Origin: Squalus acanthias
Taxonomy: Eukaryota
Direction of reading: 5' to 3'
Length of the DNA stretch: 64,000 bases
NCBI GenBank assembly: GCA_030390025.1
Contig: CM059432.1
Coordinates: 12,214,001 to 12,278,000 of the forward strand
Part shown: in pieces, positions 51,229 to 64,000 of the stretch
Position numbering within the stretch: the first letter of the stretch is position 1
Layout: every line of letters begins with the position of its first letter
Notes under the pieces: model-generated
Told to the model about the DNA's origin: nothing
Seen by the model: the letters and a program-made list of their open reading frames with translations, nothing else
The model's database searches: none
Program-made: the position numbers and the translations under genes

Positions 51229-52388
51229 GAGAAAGGAGAGTGTAAATCAGGGACAGAATGACCGTGAGCTGCCCTCATGCAGCTCTGCCCCATCCAAATG
51301 TATGACCAAATGTGCAGAGGTCAAGAAGCAGGTCACCAGTGAGAGGGTGGCACCAAAAAGAACACAGAAGGGTCGATGGAAGGAAAGATCATTACCAACT
51401 TACAAACAGTAATTAAAATCGCCTGAAGTATAATCCTCTGACTTTCTCACTTGCCTAATCCTAATAATGTACTCCTAAATAAACCGGACAGAAATACAAC
51501 TAGGTCTGATGAATCCACCACAGACACTATAATCTTCCCGAGATTCAGTGCAAGGAGGGAGAAAGTGTGCAGCATTACACTCGTACTCTGGGAGGAACTG
51601 GCCCGTCACCAATGAGTGGTACCGGGGGCTCAACGGAGAGTGATTAAGTTGCTCTCATAATCCTATTTATTGAGAATTGATCAGTTAAAATGAACGCAAT
51701 CACCAAAGTTTACCTATTTTTTCATCTATTTTTTCCTACAAGTGGAGCTTTGCTAGTGGGAGTGATCACTGATGATAATCACTGGTGGCATCAACCTGTC
51801 CCTCAAGGATATCACCACCGGAATTCCCATCAGAGCATGCAAGATTGAAAGAGAACGAACAGGAAGTTGCCCCCCCCCCCCCCCCGCCCCAGTCAATCAC
51901 AAGGAGTTAATGCGACATAAAAGCAGATCAAAAATTATGCACAATACCCTGAAACGTTTAATAAGATATTAAGTAAGCTTTTTCTAAACCCCCTCCAGAA
52001 TTAGAAATGTCGGGGGGGGGGGGGGGGGGGGGGGGGGGTGTCCATTGATCTAAATACGGTCGCTTTAAATGCAACAAGCCCCCACCCCTGCCGTAGCCCA
52101 GGGATACGCAGTTGACATTGCTTCTCATACATGGCCGTAAAAAAAAAAAGCCGAAAGCCTATCACATTTGTGAAGTCTCGGACCAATTCCTAGTAACCAC
52201 AAAACCATGGTTGAGCGGAACAGACACCGAGATTGAAAATCGCAGCAAGGGTGGCTCTAAGAACATTCTACAAAGAGCACCGATTATCCTTCGAACAGGA
52301 AAACTTAAAACATTCTGACAACCAAAATGGTGGAGAGAGCGCCCGCACGTAAAGAGAGGCGAGATTGTTTTTATTTTTTATTTTTTTA

Positions 52389-52553
<165 letters not shown>

Positions 52554-53157
52554 TCAGTTCAGTCCAGGGAGACAAAAGGTAGGGGGCGGGACAGGAGGGG
52601 GGGGAAAGAGAAAAATACAACAGATTTATTGGGTGCAGAAAAAATCGTGTCTTCCGAGCTCACCTATTAACTTATTCTGGTGACAAGGAACCAGTTTTGT
52701 CGCCTCCAACGCTAGTTATGCGACCAGTTGGTCTGTGACAGAACCTAGCGACGACTATGCTTACTGAAGTGGTATCATTGACCTTACCAGCGCAGGCAGC
52801 ATGCTGAACAGATTGACTGCGCCCAACATGACTATCCAGAGCTGAACACTTCGACAACCGAGCGCTGATTAAAACGCCAGCTTGCTGTGAAATCCACTGC
52901 TGTGGTGCTAATGTAAAGACCAATCTCAAGAACTTAAATGCACTGCAGTCATGACAATCTGTTGTTCAAGGATAGGTCAGCAGCCCAGGGAGCCAGTTTA
53001 ATCCACAGTTTAAAAAAAAACAATTACCAGGTCAGGCGACTGAAAAGGACCGATGAGTTCAAGAGGTAATTAATGTGTTTTTGGAAGGGTGCGGGGGGTG
53101 GAGTGATTGATGGATATAGTAAGAAGGCAGGTTTGTGATTTATCAATAAACAAAAAA

Positions 53158-53622
53158 AGACCTGCATTTATACAGCGCCTTTCACGACCACCGGACGTCC
53201 CAAAGTGCTTTACAGCCAATGAAGTACTTTTTGGAGTGTAGTCACTGTTGTAATGCGGGAAACGCGGCAGCCAACTTGCGCACAGCAAGCTCCCACAAAC
53301 AGCAATGTGATAATGACCAGATAATCTGTTTTTGTGATGTTGATTGAGGGATAAATATTGGCCCCAGGACACAGGGGATAACTCCCCTGCTCTTCTTTGA
53401 AATAGTGCCATGGGGGTCTTTTACGTCCACCCGAGAGAGAGAGCAGACGGGGCCTCGGTTTAACGTCTCATCCGAAAGACGGCACCTCCGACAGTGCAGC
53501 ACTCCCTCAGCACGGCACTGGAGTGTCAGCCTAGCTTTATGTGCTCAAGTTCTCTGGAGTGGGACTCGAACCCACAACCTTCTGACTCCGAGGTGAGTGT
53601 GCTGTCCACTGAGCCACAGCTG
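53158..53622 (-). mobile_element. DeuSINE (SacSINE1-like), full length
   Basis: Reverse complement of the SINE family with A/B boxes. Confidence 0.87.
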
Positions 53623-54844
53623 AAGAGCTTGTTGGGCCTACTGCTCGTCTTGAAAGATCAATACCCCCTCCCCCCCAACCAACAGATCCATTTATATTTT
53701 CTCTCTCCAGGAACGCACACAAATGGGACTGATTTTAACTCACGTGAATCGGGTGCGAACAGCGCTGTAACGGCCTCAGAATGGGGGCCAGTCCCATTAA
53801 CGCAGAGGCCAGCATTTGTAGAGGGGTCGACCGCTGGCTGGATCTAGAGCCTGCCTGTTTCAGGCGGTGGGGGCCTTTCAATATGCACACTGGGTCCCAG
53901 GATGTAAACAGGACCCCAATCGCCATTTCAGGACAGGCCCGGTTGGAGCCAGCATTATTTTTTGCGGGGTCAGGAGGAGCAGGAATGATCCTCCAGGCCG
54001 CACAAAAATAAAACCAGTGTCACAGCTGCCCCGGGCTCTCCCCATTCTGCGACCGCCACCATCTCCAGAACTTACCCGCTGTCGGCCTCCTGTTATTGCT
54101 GAGGCCTGAATCCTCTGACCTGCATCAGGGCGGCCGGTTTTGGGGCAGGCAGCCACCCCCACCCCTCGCCTCCCCTCCCCCCCCAACACTACTTTTATTT
54201 AAGTGACGTCCGGGCCACAAAATGGCTCTGGCCTCTCCGTGGCTGGAATGGGCGAGCAACGGCTCAGTCTACTCCCAAAATCCAGCAGGAATCAAGATTA
54301 TTCTACAAGCTCTTCCTTTGCGATTTACTGCAAGAGTGACAACAGTGTGTTAAGTAGTAGCTAACCAATACCTCGTGTCCTGGATCGCAATGGTGCCAAC
54401 TGACATCAATCTGCTAATTCCCATTCATTGAGTCCGTTTCTCCACCTGCATTTCGCACCTGGCTAAACTGGACTTCCTGCAAAACCAGTTGAGTGAGGAA
54501 CCCCATTCAATTCACACCAGGCACATTTTCAGCTGCAGCCGACTTGGTGCGCAGTGCGGAATGCATGGGGATTAATGAGCTAGTTTAAGAATAGGAATTG
54601 GAAACCCGCCTGATCACCTGATCCCTTTTTGGAATCTGAACATGTCTTGGTAAACTAGTTATTGGATCCAATACAGTGACAATAGGGTAAAGTAAAACAA
54701 GGGGGGGAAAATGGCAGGAAGAAATTCAGCAGTGGGTACAGAATTCGGTGGCCATGTAATGGTGGAGCGATGCCTGTAAACGAGAGTGAGGCACTCGTGA
54801 GAGCGATCATGTTTCTATAAAAGACTCCTCCAATGATTACTAAC

Positions 54845-54903
54845 CATTAAAGCACTGGATCCATTTTCTCCGTTCATCTCTCTGTCCTCCCACATCAAAC
54901 ATG
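54845..54903 (-). CDS. GNAL: G protein alpha (Gs/olf) exon, (H)[19 protein letters not shown](D), G3/switch II
   Basis: 59-nt AG/GT exon with the DVGGQ motif; phases compatible with neighbours. Confidence 0.93.
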
Positions 54904-55084
54904 CTGGAAGAGAAAGACAAGACAGCATAGTCAGGAGTCCGGCTCAGTGTATCAGAGAGTGAAAGACACGCAGGGGAGGCGGGAGGAAGTGTGCCTCATT
55001 AAATGGAGCGGGAGAAACAGTTTGCAAGGAATACTACACAGTGACTTCCTATCATTTTCTGGTCTTTGTAATGAATCAGAAACT

Positions 55085-55380
55085 GTTACAACAACAACAA
55101 CAACTTGTATTTATATAGCGTCTTGAACGTACTAAAACGTCCCAAGGCGCCTCACAGGAGTGTCATAAAACAAAATTTGACACCGAGCCACATAAGGAGA
55201 AATTAGGGCAGATGACCGGGGTAGGTTTTAAGGAGCGTCTTAAAGGAGGAAAGAGAGGCGGGAGAGATTTAGGGAGGGAATTCCAGAGCTTCGGGGCCGA
55301 GGCAGCTGAAGGCACGGCCGCCAATGGCTGAGCGAGTATAATCAGGGATGCTCAAGAGGCCAGAATTAGAGGAGCATCAC
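55085..55380 (-). mobile_element. L2 LINE 3' end
   Basis: Similar to 46855-47140. Confidence 0.75.
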
Positions 55381-55724
55381 ATTAATTGAGGAGTTGATTG
55401 AGAAGTATCACGTCATCCTTTGCTGGCGAATGCTATCCAAAATTAAACCTCAGAGAATGGTTTGAACAGTTTCCTCTATGATTGAGGAAACCAACGTGAA
55501 ACTCCAAGGCCATTCCCACTATCCACCAAAACCTCCATCCTCGACGTTCCCATATTGATCCCAATCAGAGCCAGGATTTTTCAGTACTGCGTCCTATCCT
55601 CAGAGCAGCATCTGAAGCATCCTTTTTGGGTGGCCCTTACCCGCTGTCAGCAAGTAACGATGATGTAATGTGTACCTCTCAATTAGCAGCTTCCAAGTCT
55701 TCACAAGGACCAGAAAGTCAGAGC

Positions 55725-56175
55725 CATAACGGCACAGAAGGAGGCCATTTGGCAATCCAGTCAGTCCCATTCCCCCGCTCTATCCCCGTAGCCCAGCAAG
55801 TTTATATCCCTCAAGTGCCTATCCAGTCTCCCCTTGAAAACATTGAGTGTCTCCGCTTCCACCACTTCCGTCGGCAGCGAGTTCCACGTCCTCACCACTC
55901 GCTGCGTAAAAAAGTTTTTCCTCACATCCCCCTGTATCTCTTGCCCAAAACCTTAAATCTGTGTCCCCTAGTCCTTCTACCATCAACTAGTGGGAACAGC
56001 CTTTCCCCGTCTAGCCTATCCAAACCCGTCATAATCTTGTACACCTCTATCAAATCACCCCTCAACTTCCTTTGCTCTAATGAAAACAAATCCAGCTTCT
56101 CCAACCTGTCCTTGTAGCTAAGATCCCCCATCCCCGGAACCATTCTGGTAAATCTCCTCTGCACCCTCTCAAGTC
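55725..56175 (-). mobile_element. CR1 LINE 3' end
   Basis: QRRFTRMVPG...RGDLIEVYK...TRGH; close to 62650-63115. Confidence 0.88.
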
Positions 56176-56881
56176 ATTGCATTACTACATCGGTCACCCA
56201 TGACTGAGAATGGGAACCAGAGCCAGGAGAGGAGAGGAGTTTGAGAAGAGTATAAACAATGCAAAGAAATGTATAAAGGTGGCCTCATTTAACACTGTAA
56301 ACGTACAAAAGTAAAAGGGTGGAATTTTACTACTTCATCCAACAGGAATTATTTAAATAACTTGGGTTTGTACAGTACCTTTTCATGGCTTCAGGACGTC
56401 TCAAAGCACTTTTTGAAGTGCAGTCAACGCAATGTAGGCAAAGGTGGCAGCCAGTTCGCACACACAAAGATTCCACAAACAGCAAATGAATAAATGACCA
56501 GATAATCTTATTTTTTTTTGGTGACATTAGATGAGGGAGGCGTGCCGGTCAGGACACTGGAGAACTCCCTGCTCTTTGGATAGTGGTAAGGGACCCGTTA
56601 CCTCTGGGCAGAGGGACGGAGTTTAGCGTCTCATCCGAAAGACGGCATCTCCCACTGTGGAGCATCAGCTGAGAATATCTAATGATTATTTAAGGGGTCG
56701 TCAGTAAAACAATTCTAGCAACAGTGCAAAAACTCTTTAAAAGCACAGTCCAACAGAGTTCCCTCTCGGTCGGGGTTTCCCCCCCTCACTACTTTCTTTA
56801 CATTTTGGTTGAAGGAATGGTCATTAGAGGAGTTGTGATGACCGAGTGATGTTATAGGAGTGATCTTGGAAAGATACTCAC

Positions 56882-56955
56882 TGAAAATTTACTTTGTCAA
56901 CTTGAAATCTTGTTTCAAAAATCCCTGATGTCAAAACTCTGCATCGGAGCAAATC
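56882..56955 (-). CDS. GNAL: G protein alpha (Gs/olf) exon, [24 protein letters not shown](H), switch I
   Basis: 74-nt AG/GT exon; RVLTSGI G2 motif; ETRF is the GNAL-type variant. Confidence 0.92.
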
Positions 56956-57687
56956 CTGGCGGAAAGGAAAAGAAAGATATTGACAAATAGTTCTGGCTGG
57001 TAAAAGTGCGATCACAATATCTGCGCAACAGACCCCCAGCGAAGGCAGCTGAAAACCGTGATGACAAACTCCTTTACACGAAGCTTCACCTGAACAGGGT
57101 TTTAAAAAATATTTAATGCTGAAATGGGACACAATCATTCCAAAAAAATTAAAATACTAGCAGATGCTGGGAATCAAACAGAAAATGCTGCCAACACTGT
57201 GCAGATCAGGCAGCATCTGTGGAGAGAGAAACATAGGGTTAACGTTTGAGGTCGATGACCTTTTGTCAGAACAGTCATTCCAGTTCTGTGGGTGAGAGAG
57301 AGGGGAAGAATACTCTTTTTATGTTGCAGTAATCTCCTTCTCTTACACCCCTCTCCCCTGCTGTGATCAAAAGCCTGTGTTTTAACCTAACTCTTTTAGA
57401 TCCATATTATCCAACTAGCTTATTTATTTAATAATCTAGATGTGCCTATCCTTACAGTACAATGTCTTCGGCCTTGAAATTCATCTGCTGCACGAGGATA
57501 TACATATCAGGAAAGTCTGAACAGGCTGGGGCTCTTTCCTCTAGAAAAGAGACTGCTGAGGGGTGACCTGATAGAGGTCTTTAAGATTAGGAGAGGGGTT
57601 TGATAGGGTGGATGTGGGGGAAAATGATTCCACTTGTGGGGAGTCCAAAACTAGGGGTCATAAATATGATAGTCACCAATAAATCCA

Positions 57688-57927
57688 CCATTGTCTTGGC
57701 TGTGCTCTTAGTATGTCTTTGATGTAGGGATAGATTGAATCTCTGCATTTTCTCTGTGTTTATATTCTGTGAATTCTGGTAGATTGTCTCACAGTAACTC
57801 TACCTGAGGAAGGGGCGACAGCTCCGAAAGCTTGTAATTTTAAATAAATCTGTTGGACTAGAACCTGGTGTTGTGCGACTTCTCATTTTTGTCCACCCCA
57901 GTCCAACGCCGGCATCTCCGCATCATG
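57688..57927 (+). mobile_element. 240-bp Penelope pseudo-LTR (family B) with 13-bp TSD, inserted in a CR1 fragment (57490-58190)
   Basis: TSD ACCAATAAATCCA at 57675-57687 and 57928-57940; hammerhead TAC-CTGAGGA-A-GGGGC(GACA)GCTCC-GAAA-GC-TT-GTA at 57801-57836. Confidence 0.83.
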
Positions 57928-58193
57928 ACCAATAAATCCAACTGGGAATTCAGGAGAAACTTCTTTCCCCAGAGAGTGGTGAGAATCTGGAACTCGCTCC
58001 CACAGGGAGTGGTTGAGGCGAATAGCACAGATGCATTTAAGGTGAAGCTAGATAAGCACATGAGGAAGAAAGGAATAGAAGGATATGCTGATGAGGTTAC
58101 GGTGAAGAGGGGTGAGAGGAGGCTGGTGTGGAGCATAAACACCGGTTGGGCTGAATGGCCTGTTTCTGTGCTGTAAATTCTCTGTAACTCTAT

Positions 58194-58904
58194 GGCCCTG
58201 AATTTGCGGTCGGAGGATTCCCGCGGGGAAATGCCTCCGAACCGCTAATAAAATGCCCGCGTACCTGGTGGTCTGGGATCCACAGAGACTCGCGGTCCCG
58301 GGCCTCTCCGGGTACCCACGGGTAGAGGCACGCGTATCCCAGGGGCGTAGGCGGTTCGCAAGCACCCCTGAGATCTCGTGGGCCGGCCCCAACCAATAAA
58401 AGAAGGGAATCCCCATTCATACTTATGGGGATTCCGTATAAACAGAAACCCCATAAGCATGAATGGGAATACCCCCCCCAAAATACACCTAGACATCAAA
58501 TAAATAAAATAAAACCATCACATATTTAAGATGAATAAAAATGCCATTTAATTAAACATTTAAAACAAAAATTTAACTTTTTGAAAAATAAACTTAAATG
58601 TTTTAAAGGGACTAAAAATAAACTTGCCTTATTACACGGGCTTTTTAATGTTTAAATGATTGATAAAAATTTATTTTTACGTTTTTTCAAACTCTTGTAC
58701 CAGGCGTAAGAATTTCACGGGCATTCGCCAGGCAAATAGCCCAACTCTCCGCCCGCGGATGCCCTTTTCCCGGGGATGCGGTGGAAATTCTTGACAGATC
58801 GCAAGTTCTGGGTTTTCGTGCATGCGCAGCGCGCGCCCAAACCCGAAACTTGTGCGGCCCCTACGGGGGCGTGCGCACCTCATAGGGGCCGCAAATTCCG
58901 GCCC
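58194..58904. mobile_element. non-autonomous DNA transposon (PIF/Harbinger-like MITE)
   Basis: Imperfect 18-bp TIR (GGCCCTGAATTTGCGGTC / GGCCGCAAATTCCGGCCC, 15/18); TAT on both flanks; GC-rich ends with AT-rich core. Confidence 0.68.
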
Positions 58905-59411
58905 TATGTATCTGGATGCAGCAGGCTAGGAGTATTTACTCCTAAGGATACAAAATGCACGGGGGTAGGGTCCACGATAGGGTCGATTTTACTTGATCTG
59001 TGGGAGGAACGTGCTCGATGGGTCAAATATTCTTTTCTTGTTCCGTGCTTTCTCATGTTCAGCCGCACCAGCAGCCAACAAATGAAACCATCGCATGGAG
59101 CCTGGCGTCACTGAGCCCTGGGTTCTCACCCTGTAAATCTGCTCATAAATTGAGAAGATAAAACAGCCATTTCAACTTTGCAAAACATGACTTCAGGGGT
59201 CACACATGCCAGAACCAACCCACAAAGCAGACGCGGGCAAAGCGTTCACTGTGCGAAAGTATTTAAATACTATGGAAACAAACTTCGGAAAGTTAGGAGC
59301 AAAAAACTTTTTCACCCCGAAGGATAAAGCTGCCAGGGAAGGCCACTGAATGGCATCAATATCGATGGGTTCAAAAGACAAATTGGTTTCTTGAGAGAGA
59401 TGCATTGCAGG

Positions 59412-59415
<4 letters not shown>

Positions 59416-59446
<31 letters not shown>
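59416..59446. repeat. (TA)n microsatellite
   Basis: Seen directly. Confidence 0.95.
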
Positions 59447-59450
<4 letters not shown>

Positions 59451-60049
59451 GCAGGCAGGTAAGGTGGGGCTGGTCCATTAAAAAGACAGGTTTGTTGGGC
59501 CTACTGGCTTTTTCTTGTTCCTAAAATAATTCTGATCATGCGCTGCTGGTCAACCGAAGGTCGGAGGCCGACTGCGCTCTGTGTGAGATGGCCTCTTGGA
59601 AGAGCTCTAAGCATCTCCTGGTGCCAGAGCGGTTTGTATTCTCTTCAGTTATGATGACACATCGAGCTACAAAACGCAGACAAATGGCTTTTAAAAAAAA
59701 CTTGACAACTCAACAAACAGCTTACAACTGATAAAATGACCCTGAATAAAAACTATGACCAAGGTCACTGCTTCAAGGTGACTGAATAAGTTAAGTTTCT
59801 TTTTAATTACATTGGGTTTTTCTTTGCGTTTTGGGACCACATATTATAATTCCATTTGTTTTTCTGCGAGAACTGAAAACCCTTGCATGCAGTTTCATTC
59901 ACTAATGTGAGTTTCACAGCCCCTGAAAGACAGGACAAAATGCCTCTGACGGGGTGGGGTGTCCATTGAGCAGCAAGAACTATTCACAACAGCTAGCTCC
60001 AAGTCACCCTGCAGTGTGTCAACAGAGGCAGGTCACACAGTGGTAGTAA

Positions 60050-61070
60050 TTACAGCACAGAAACAGGACATTCGACTCAACAGGTCTATTATGGTGTTTA
60101 TGCTCCACACGAACCTCCTCCGACCCCTCTTCATCTCACCCCATCAACATACCCTTCTATTCCTCTCTCCCTCATGCGCTTATCTAGCTTCCCCTTAAAT
60201 GCATCTTTGCTACTCGCCTCAAAAACTCCCTGTGGTAGCGAGTTCCACATTCTAACCACTCTCTGGGTAAAGAAGTTTCTCCTGAATTCCCTATTGGATT
60301 TATAAGTGACTACCTTATATTTATGGCCCCTAGTTCTAGTCAGCCCCGCAAGTGGAAACATTTTCTCTACGTCTACCCTATCGAACCCTTTCATAATCTT
60401 CAAGACCTCGATCAGGTCACCCCTCAGTCTTCTCTTTTCTAGAGAAAAGAGCCCCAGCCTGATCAATCTTTCCTGATAGGTATAACCTCTCAGTTCTGGT
60501 ATCATTCACTGAGGTTGCTGCCTCCACGGGGACTTAACAGGCTATTCAGGTCACTGTAACACTCCAAAGTAACCAAACTCAGGCAAATCGCACCATGAAG
60601 TCAATGTGGATTTAAACTAGATAAGAACATAAGAAATAGGAGCAGGAATAGGCAACTTGGCCCCTCGAGCCTGCTCCGCCATTCAATAAGATCATGGCTG
60701 ATCTTGGGCTCAAAGCCACTTCCCTGCCCGCTCCCCATTCCCCTTCACTCCCTTATCTTGTAAAAATCTGTCTATCTCCACCTTAAATGTATTTAATGAC
60801 CCAGCCTCCACGGCTCTCTGGGGCAGAGAATTCACAGATTTACGACCCTCTGAGAGAAGAAATTCCTCCTCATCTCAGTTCTAAAAGGGCGACCCTTTAT
60901 TCTGAAACTATGACCCCGAGTTCTAGATTTTCCCAGGAGGGGAAACATCCTCTCTGCATCTACCTTGTCGAGCCCCCTCAGTATCTTGTATGTTTCAATA
61001 AGATCACCTCTCATTCTTCTAAATTCCAATGAGTACAGGCCCAACCTGCTCAACCTTTCCTCATAAGTCA
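60050..61070 (-). mobile_element. two CR1 LINE 3' ends in tandem (60050-60510 and 60620-61070)
   Basis: ORFs 60131-60505 and 60832-61070 with CR1 C-terminal motifs. Confidence 0.88.
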
Positions 61071-61211
61071 ATAAGGGGGATGGGGAGGGTAAAATCCACA
61101 CTGCCAAGAAGTGTGAGAAAAGGACCAGTGGGGCAAATGGGCAGGGTGGTGCCAGTTACCCAGATTATAACCACTGCTCCCATTTTCTCGGACAGCAGGC
61201 GTTGGTAATGT

Positions 61212-61424
61212 GAAATAAAAACAGAAATTGCTGGGAACGCTCAGCAGGTCAGGCAGCATCTGTGGAGAGAGAAAGAGAGTTAACGTTTCAGGTCGATGAC
61301 CTTTCATCAGAACTCACCCTTCGTTCTGACGAAGTGGTCATCGACCTGAAACGTTAACTGTGTTTCTCTCTCCACAGATGCTGCCTGACCTGCTGAGCAT
61401 TTCCAGCATTTTGTTTTTTTATTA
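61212..61424. mobile_element. palindromic Penelope pseudo-LTR pair (family A) with hammerheads at 61278-61314 (-) and 61323-61358 (+)
   Basis: ~100-bp inverted arms with short spacer; CTGATGA/CTGACGA...GAAACGTT cores on both strands. Confidence 0.8.
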
Positions 61425-61523
61425 CCCAGGCAAGAGGTGCTGTACACAAATGCACGTTGCACAAGGAATAAAACAAGTGAGTTAGAAGCACAAATTTAGC
61501 TTAAAGGCCACTCCAGAGACCTG

Positions 61524-62303
61524 GGGCTGGATTTTGCCAGCCCTGGGGAGGCGGGTATGGAGGTGGGACTGCCGGGAAAATGGCAGAATCTGGGAGCGGA
61601 TACCCACCCTGTCCCCAACCCGTCTCTGTGCGATCTTCCCAGGAGGCAGGTAGCCGACCCGCGGCCGGGTCCCGTCTCCTGGAGGCGGGAGGGGGATTAC
61701 AGCCACTTAACTGCCTGTTAACAGAATTATCCTCATTTTTCCACCAGAAGCGCGGGCTTCCCGACGTCGGGAAACCCCGCCAGGGTCACCGAGGCGAGCT
61801 GTGGGTCTGCGGGGGTCGGAGGAGTGCAAAAGTGCGCTGTGAAGGTAAGTGATGGGTGCAAGTGTGGAGAGGTGAGTATGTGAGGTGAGTTAAAAGTGAT
61901 GGAAAAAGTTTACTTACCTTTGTTTCTTCCTGCAGGCTTCAACAGTTGGGAAACCGGAGACTCTTGCATTTCACCGGCAGAGATGACAGAACGGCTGCTG
62001 CATTCTCCGATGCAACAGCCATCTGATTTCTGCTCACAAAATAGGTTTGATGAGTCTTGAATACAAGAGCTGTCAAACGATGACGACTCATCTGTCAAAA
62101 AATTTTGACAGATGAAACGTCATACGTTGACGTGCTCTGCAACCGGCTTCCCCTTAATTGACCTGCTAAGCCCGCTGGGCGGGCTTAACAAGGCTAATCA
62201 AGGGAAAATAGCGTGGGTTGGCCACAAGTCGATGGAGGCGGGACTAAAACCCGACAAGCAGCAGTCCCGCCTCCAACGCGCCCCCATTGGCAAAAATCAC
62301 CCC
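61524..62303. mobile_element. probable Harbinger-like MITE
   Basis: Imperfect TIR GGGCTGGATTTTGCC / GGCAAAAATCACCCC; same terminus as the 9236 element; TSD imperfect (CTG/CAG). Confidence 0.5.
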
Positions 62304-62649
62304 CAGGTTACAGCCCGGGCATGATTGGGAGCTATAAATTCCAGGCTATAAGATCTTTAGAAAGGACGGCGAAACTGGGAAAAGAGGGGGGTGGGGAGAG
62401 TAGCGATATTGACAAAAGACACAATTGCAGAAGTAGAAAGAAGGGATTTCAGATCAGAGAGAGCAATCAGGCAATGGAAACACTATGGGTCGAATAAAGG
62501 AACAGCAAAGAATGCAAGTCTCTGGTGGGTGTTGTCTGCAGACCTGCCGTTAGTAGTCTGTGGTAGCAGTGTGGGGGTGGGGTGGGGGGTTCGGGGAGTA
62601 TAAGAACGGAGACCAGCAAAGCACGCAGCAAAGACAATGTGGTTATAAT

Positions 62650-63115
62650 GGGAGATTTACCAGAATGGTTCCGGGGATGGGGGTTCTTAGCTACAAGGAC
62701 AGGTTGGAGAAGCTGGATTTGTTTTCATTAGAGCAAAGGAGGTGGAGGGGTGATTTGATAGAGGTGTACAAGATTATGACGGGTTTGGATAGGCTAGACG
62801 GGGAAAGGCTGTTCCCACTAGTTGATGGTGCAAGGACTAGGGGACAGATTTAAGGTTTTGGGCAAGAGATACAGGGGTATGTGAGGAAAAGCTTTTTTAC
62901 GCAGCGAGTGATGACCTGGAACTCGCTGCCGATGGAAGTGGTGGAAGCGGAGACACTCAATGTTTTCAAGGGGAGACTGGATAGGCACTTGAGGGAAATA
63001 AACTTGCAGGGCTACGGGGATAGAGCGGGGGAATGGGACTGACTGGATTGCTCTACAGAGAGCCGGCACGGACTCGACGGGCCGAATGGCCTCCTTCTGT
63101 GCCGTTATGACTCTG
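62650..63115 (+). mobile_element. CR1 LINE 3' end
   Basis: RFTRMVPGM...RGDLIEVYK. Confidence 0.88.
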
Positions 63116-63459
63116 TTAATTTTCACATAGATGGGGAGAGGCAGAACAGCTCATTAAGTAAAAGCAATGAATTTCTAGAATGCATAACGTGATCAGGACA
63201 ATTTTCTAGAACAATATGTTTAAGAACCGAAATAAAAACAGAAAATGCTGGAAAGACCTGAAACGTTAACTGTGTTTCTCTCTCTCTCCACAGATGCTGC
63301 CTGACCTGCTGAGCGTTTCCAGCAGTTTCTGTTTTTCCTATCAGATTTCCAGCATCCGCAGTGTTTTGCTTTTGTGTTAATGTTTAAGAACCGACAAGGG
63401 AACGATCCACACTGGATTTAGTGATGAATAACGAACCAGAACTAGTTAACGATCTGCTC

Positions 63460-63861
63460 AACAATGAAGCTCAATGTAAGCTCGAGGAACAGCACCTCAT
63501 CTTTCGATTAGGCACTTTACAGCCTTCTGGACTCAACATTGAGTTCAACAATTTCAGACCAGAACCTCGGCCCCTATCATTTTTTCTCTCTCTCACATGG
63601 CAGCTGTCGATCATTCTGCCATTGCCATTTACACCTCATCTAGAGTCATCTTTTGTTTCTTAACTTGTCCCATTACCATCTCCTTTTGCCTTGCACCATC
63701 ATCCCTTTTGTCTCTTAATCTCTCCTGCCTTCCAGCCTATCACAGACCTTCACTTTTGTTCTATCCTCCCCTCCCCCCTTTCCCTGCCCCGGCACTTGCC
63801 TAAAAACCTGCTCCATTGCCAGTTTTTTCCAGTTCTGACGAAGGGTCATCGACCTGAAACG
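63460..63861 (+). mobile_element. Penelope-like element 3' end (GIY-YIG C-terminus, UTR, hammerhead truncated at GAAACG)
   Basis: NNEAQCKLEEQHLIFRLGTLQPSGLNIEFNNFR; AGTT-CTGACGA-A-GGGTCATCGACCT-GAAACG at 63831-63861. Confidence 0.85.
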
Positions 63862-64000
63862 GTGGCAGCACGGTGGCATAGTGGTTAGCACTGGTGCCTC
63901 ACAGCGCCAGAGACCCGGGTTCGAATCTGACCTCGGGTGACTGTCTGTGTGGAGTTTGCACATTCTCCCCGTGTCTGCGTGGGTTTCCTCCGGGTGCTCC
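63862..64000 (+). mobile_element. HE1-like V-SINE 5' part (runs off the window)
   Basis: Near-identical to 28482-28620. Confidence 0.88.

Noticed and set aside
52012..52038. Long G/C homopolymers (also ~44690, 51870, 15917) as functional G-quadruplexes
   Set aside because: Simple homopolymers with no supporting context; their length is also prone to sequencing error
57000..64000. Next upstream GNAL exon (ending ...DY.P.DQ)
   Set aside because: No matching AG/GT-bounded exon found by eye; it probably lies beyond the window

Overview
Repeat-rich vertebrate genomic DNA. The repeat families (HER1-like CR1 LINEs, HE1-like V-SINEs, SacSINE1-like DeuSINEs) suggest a cartilaginous fish, probably a shark; this is inference. 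Two host genes converge tail-to-tail. The last four coding exons of MPPE1/PGAP5 lie on + (3782-19636). The last six coding exons of a Gs-family G-alpha lie on - (56955-46538), called GNAL from synteny with MPPE1. Between them is a degraded, multiply deleted endogenous retrovirus (~23.4-27.1 kb: gag remnant, RT thumb/tether, integrase, env, PPT, 3' LTR). Its Env has no visible gamma-type immunosuppressive/CX6CC motif and has a long Cys-rich post-cleavage subunit, as reported for lokiretroviruses. Many Penelope-like fragments carry minimal hammerhead ribozyme motifs of two sequence families. These include a 135-bp ribozyme-first insertion with a TSD and two head-to-head palindromes with a ribozyme on each strand. 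The rest is CR1, L2, RTE and Vingi LINE fragments, SINEs, Harbinger-like MITEs and minisatellites. All family assignments are by eye, with no database search.
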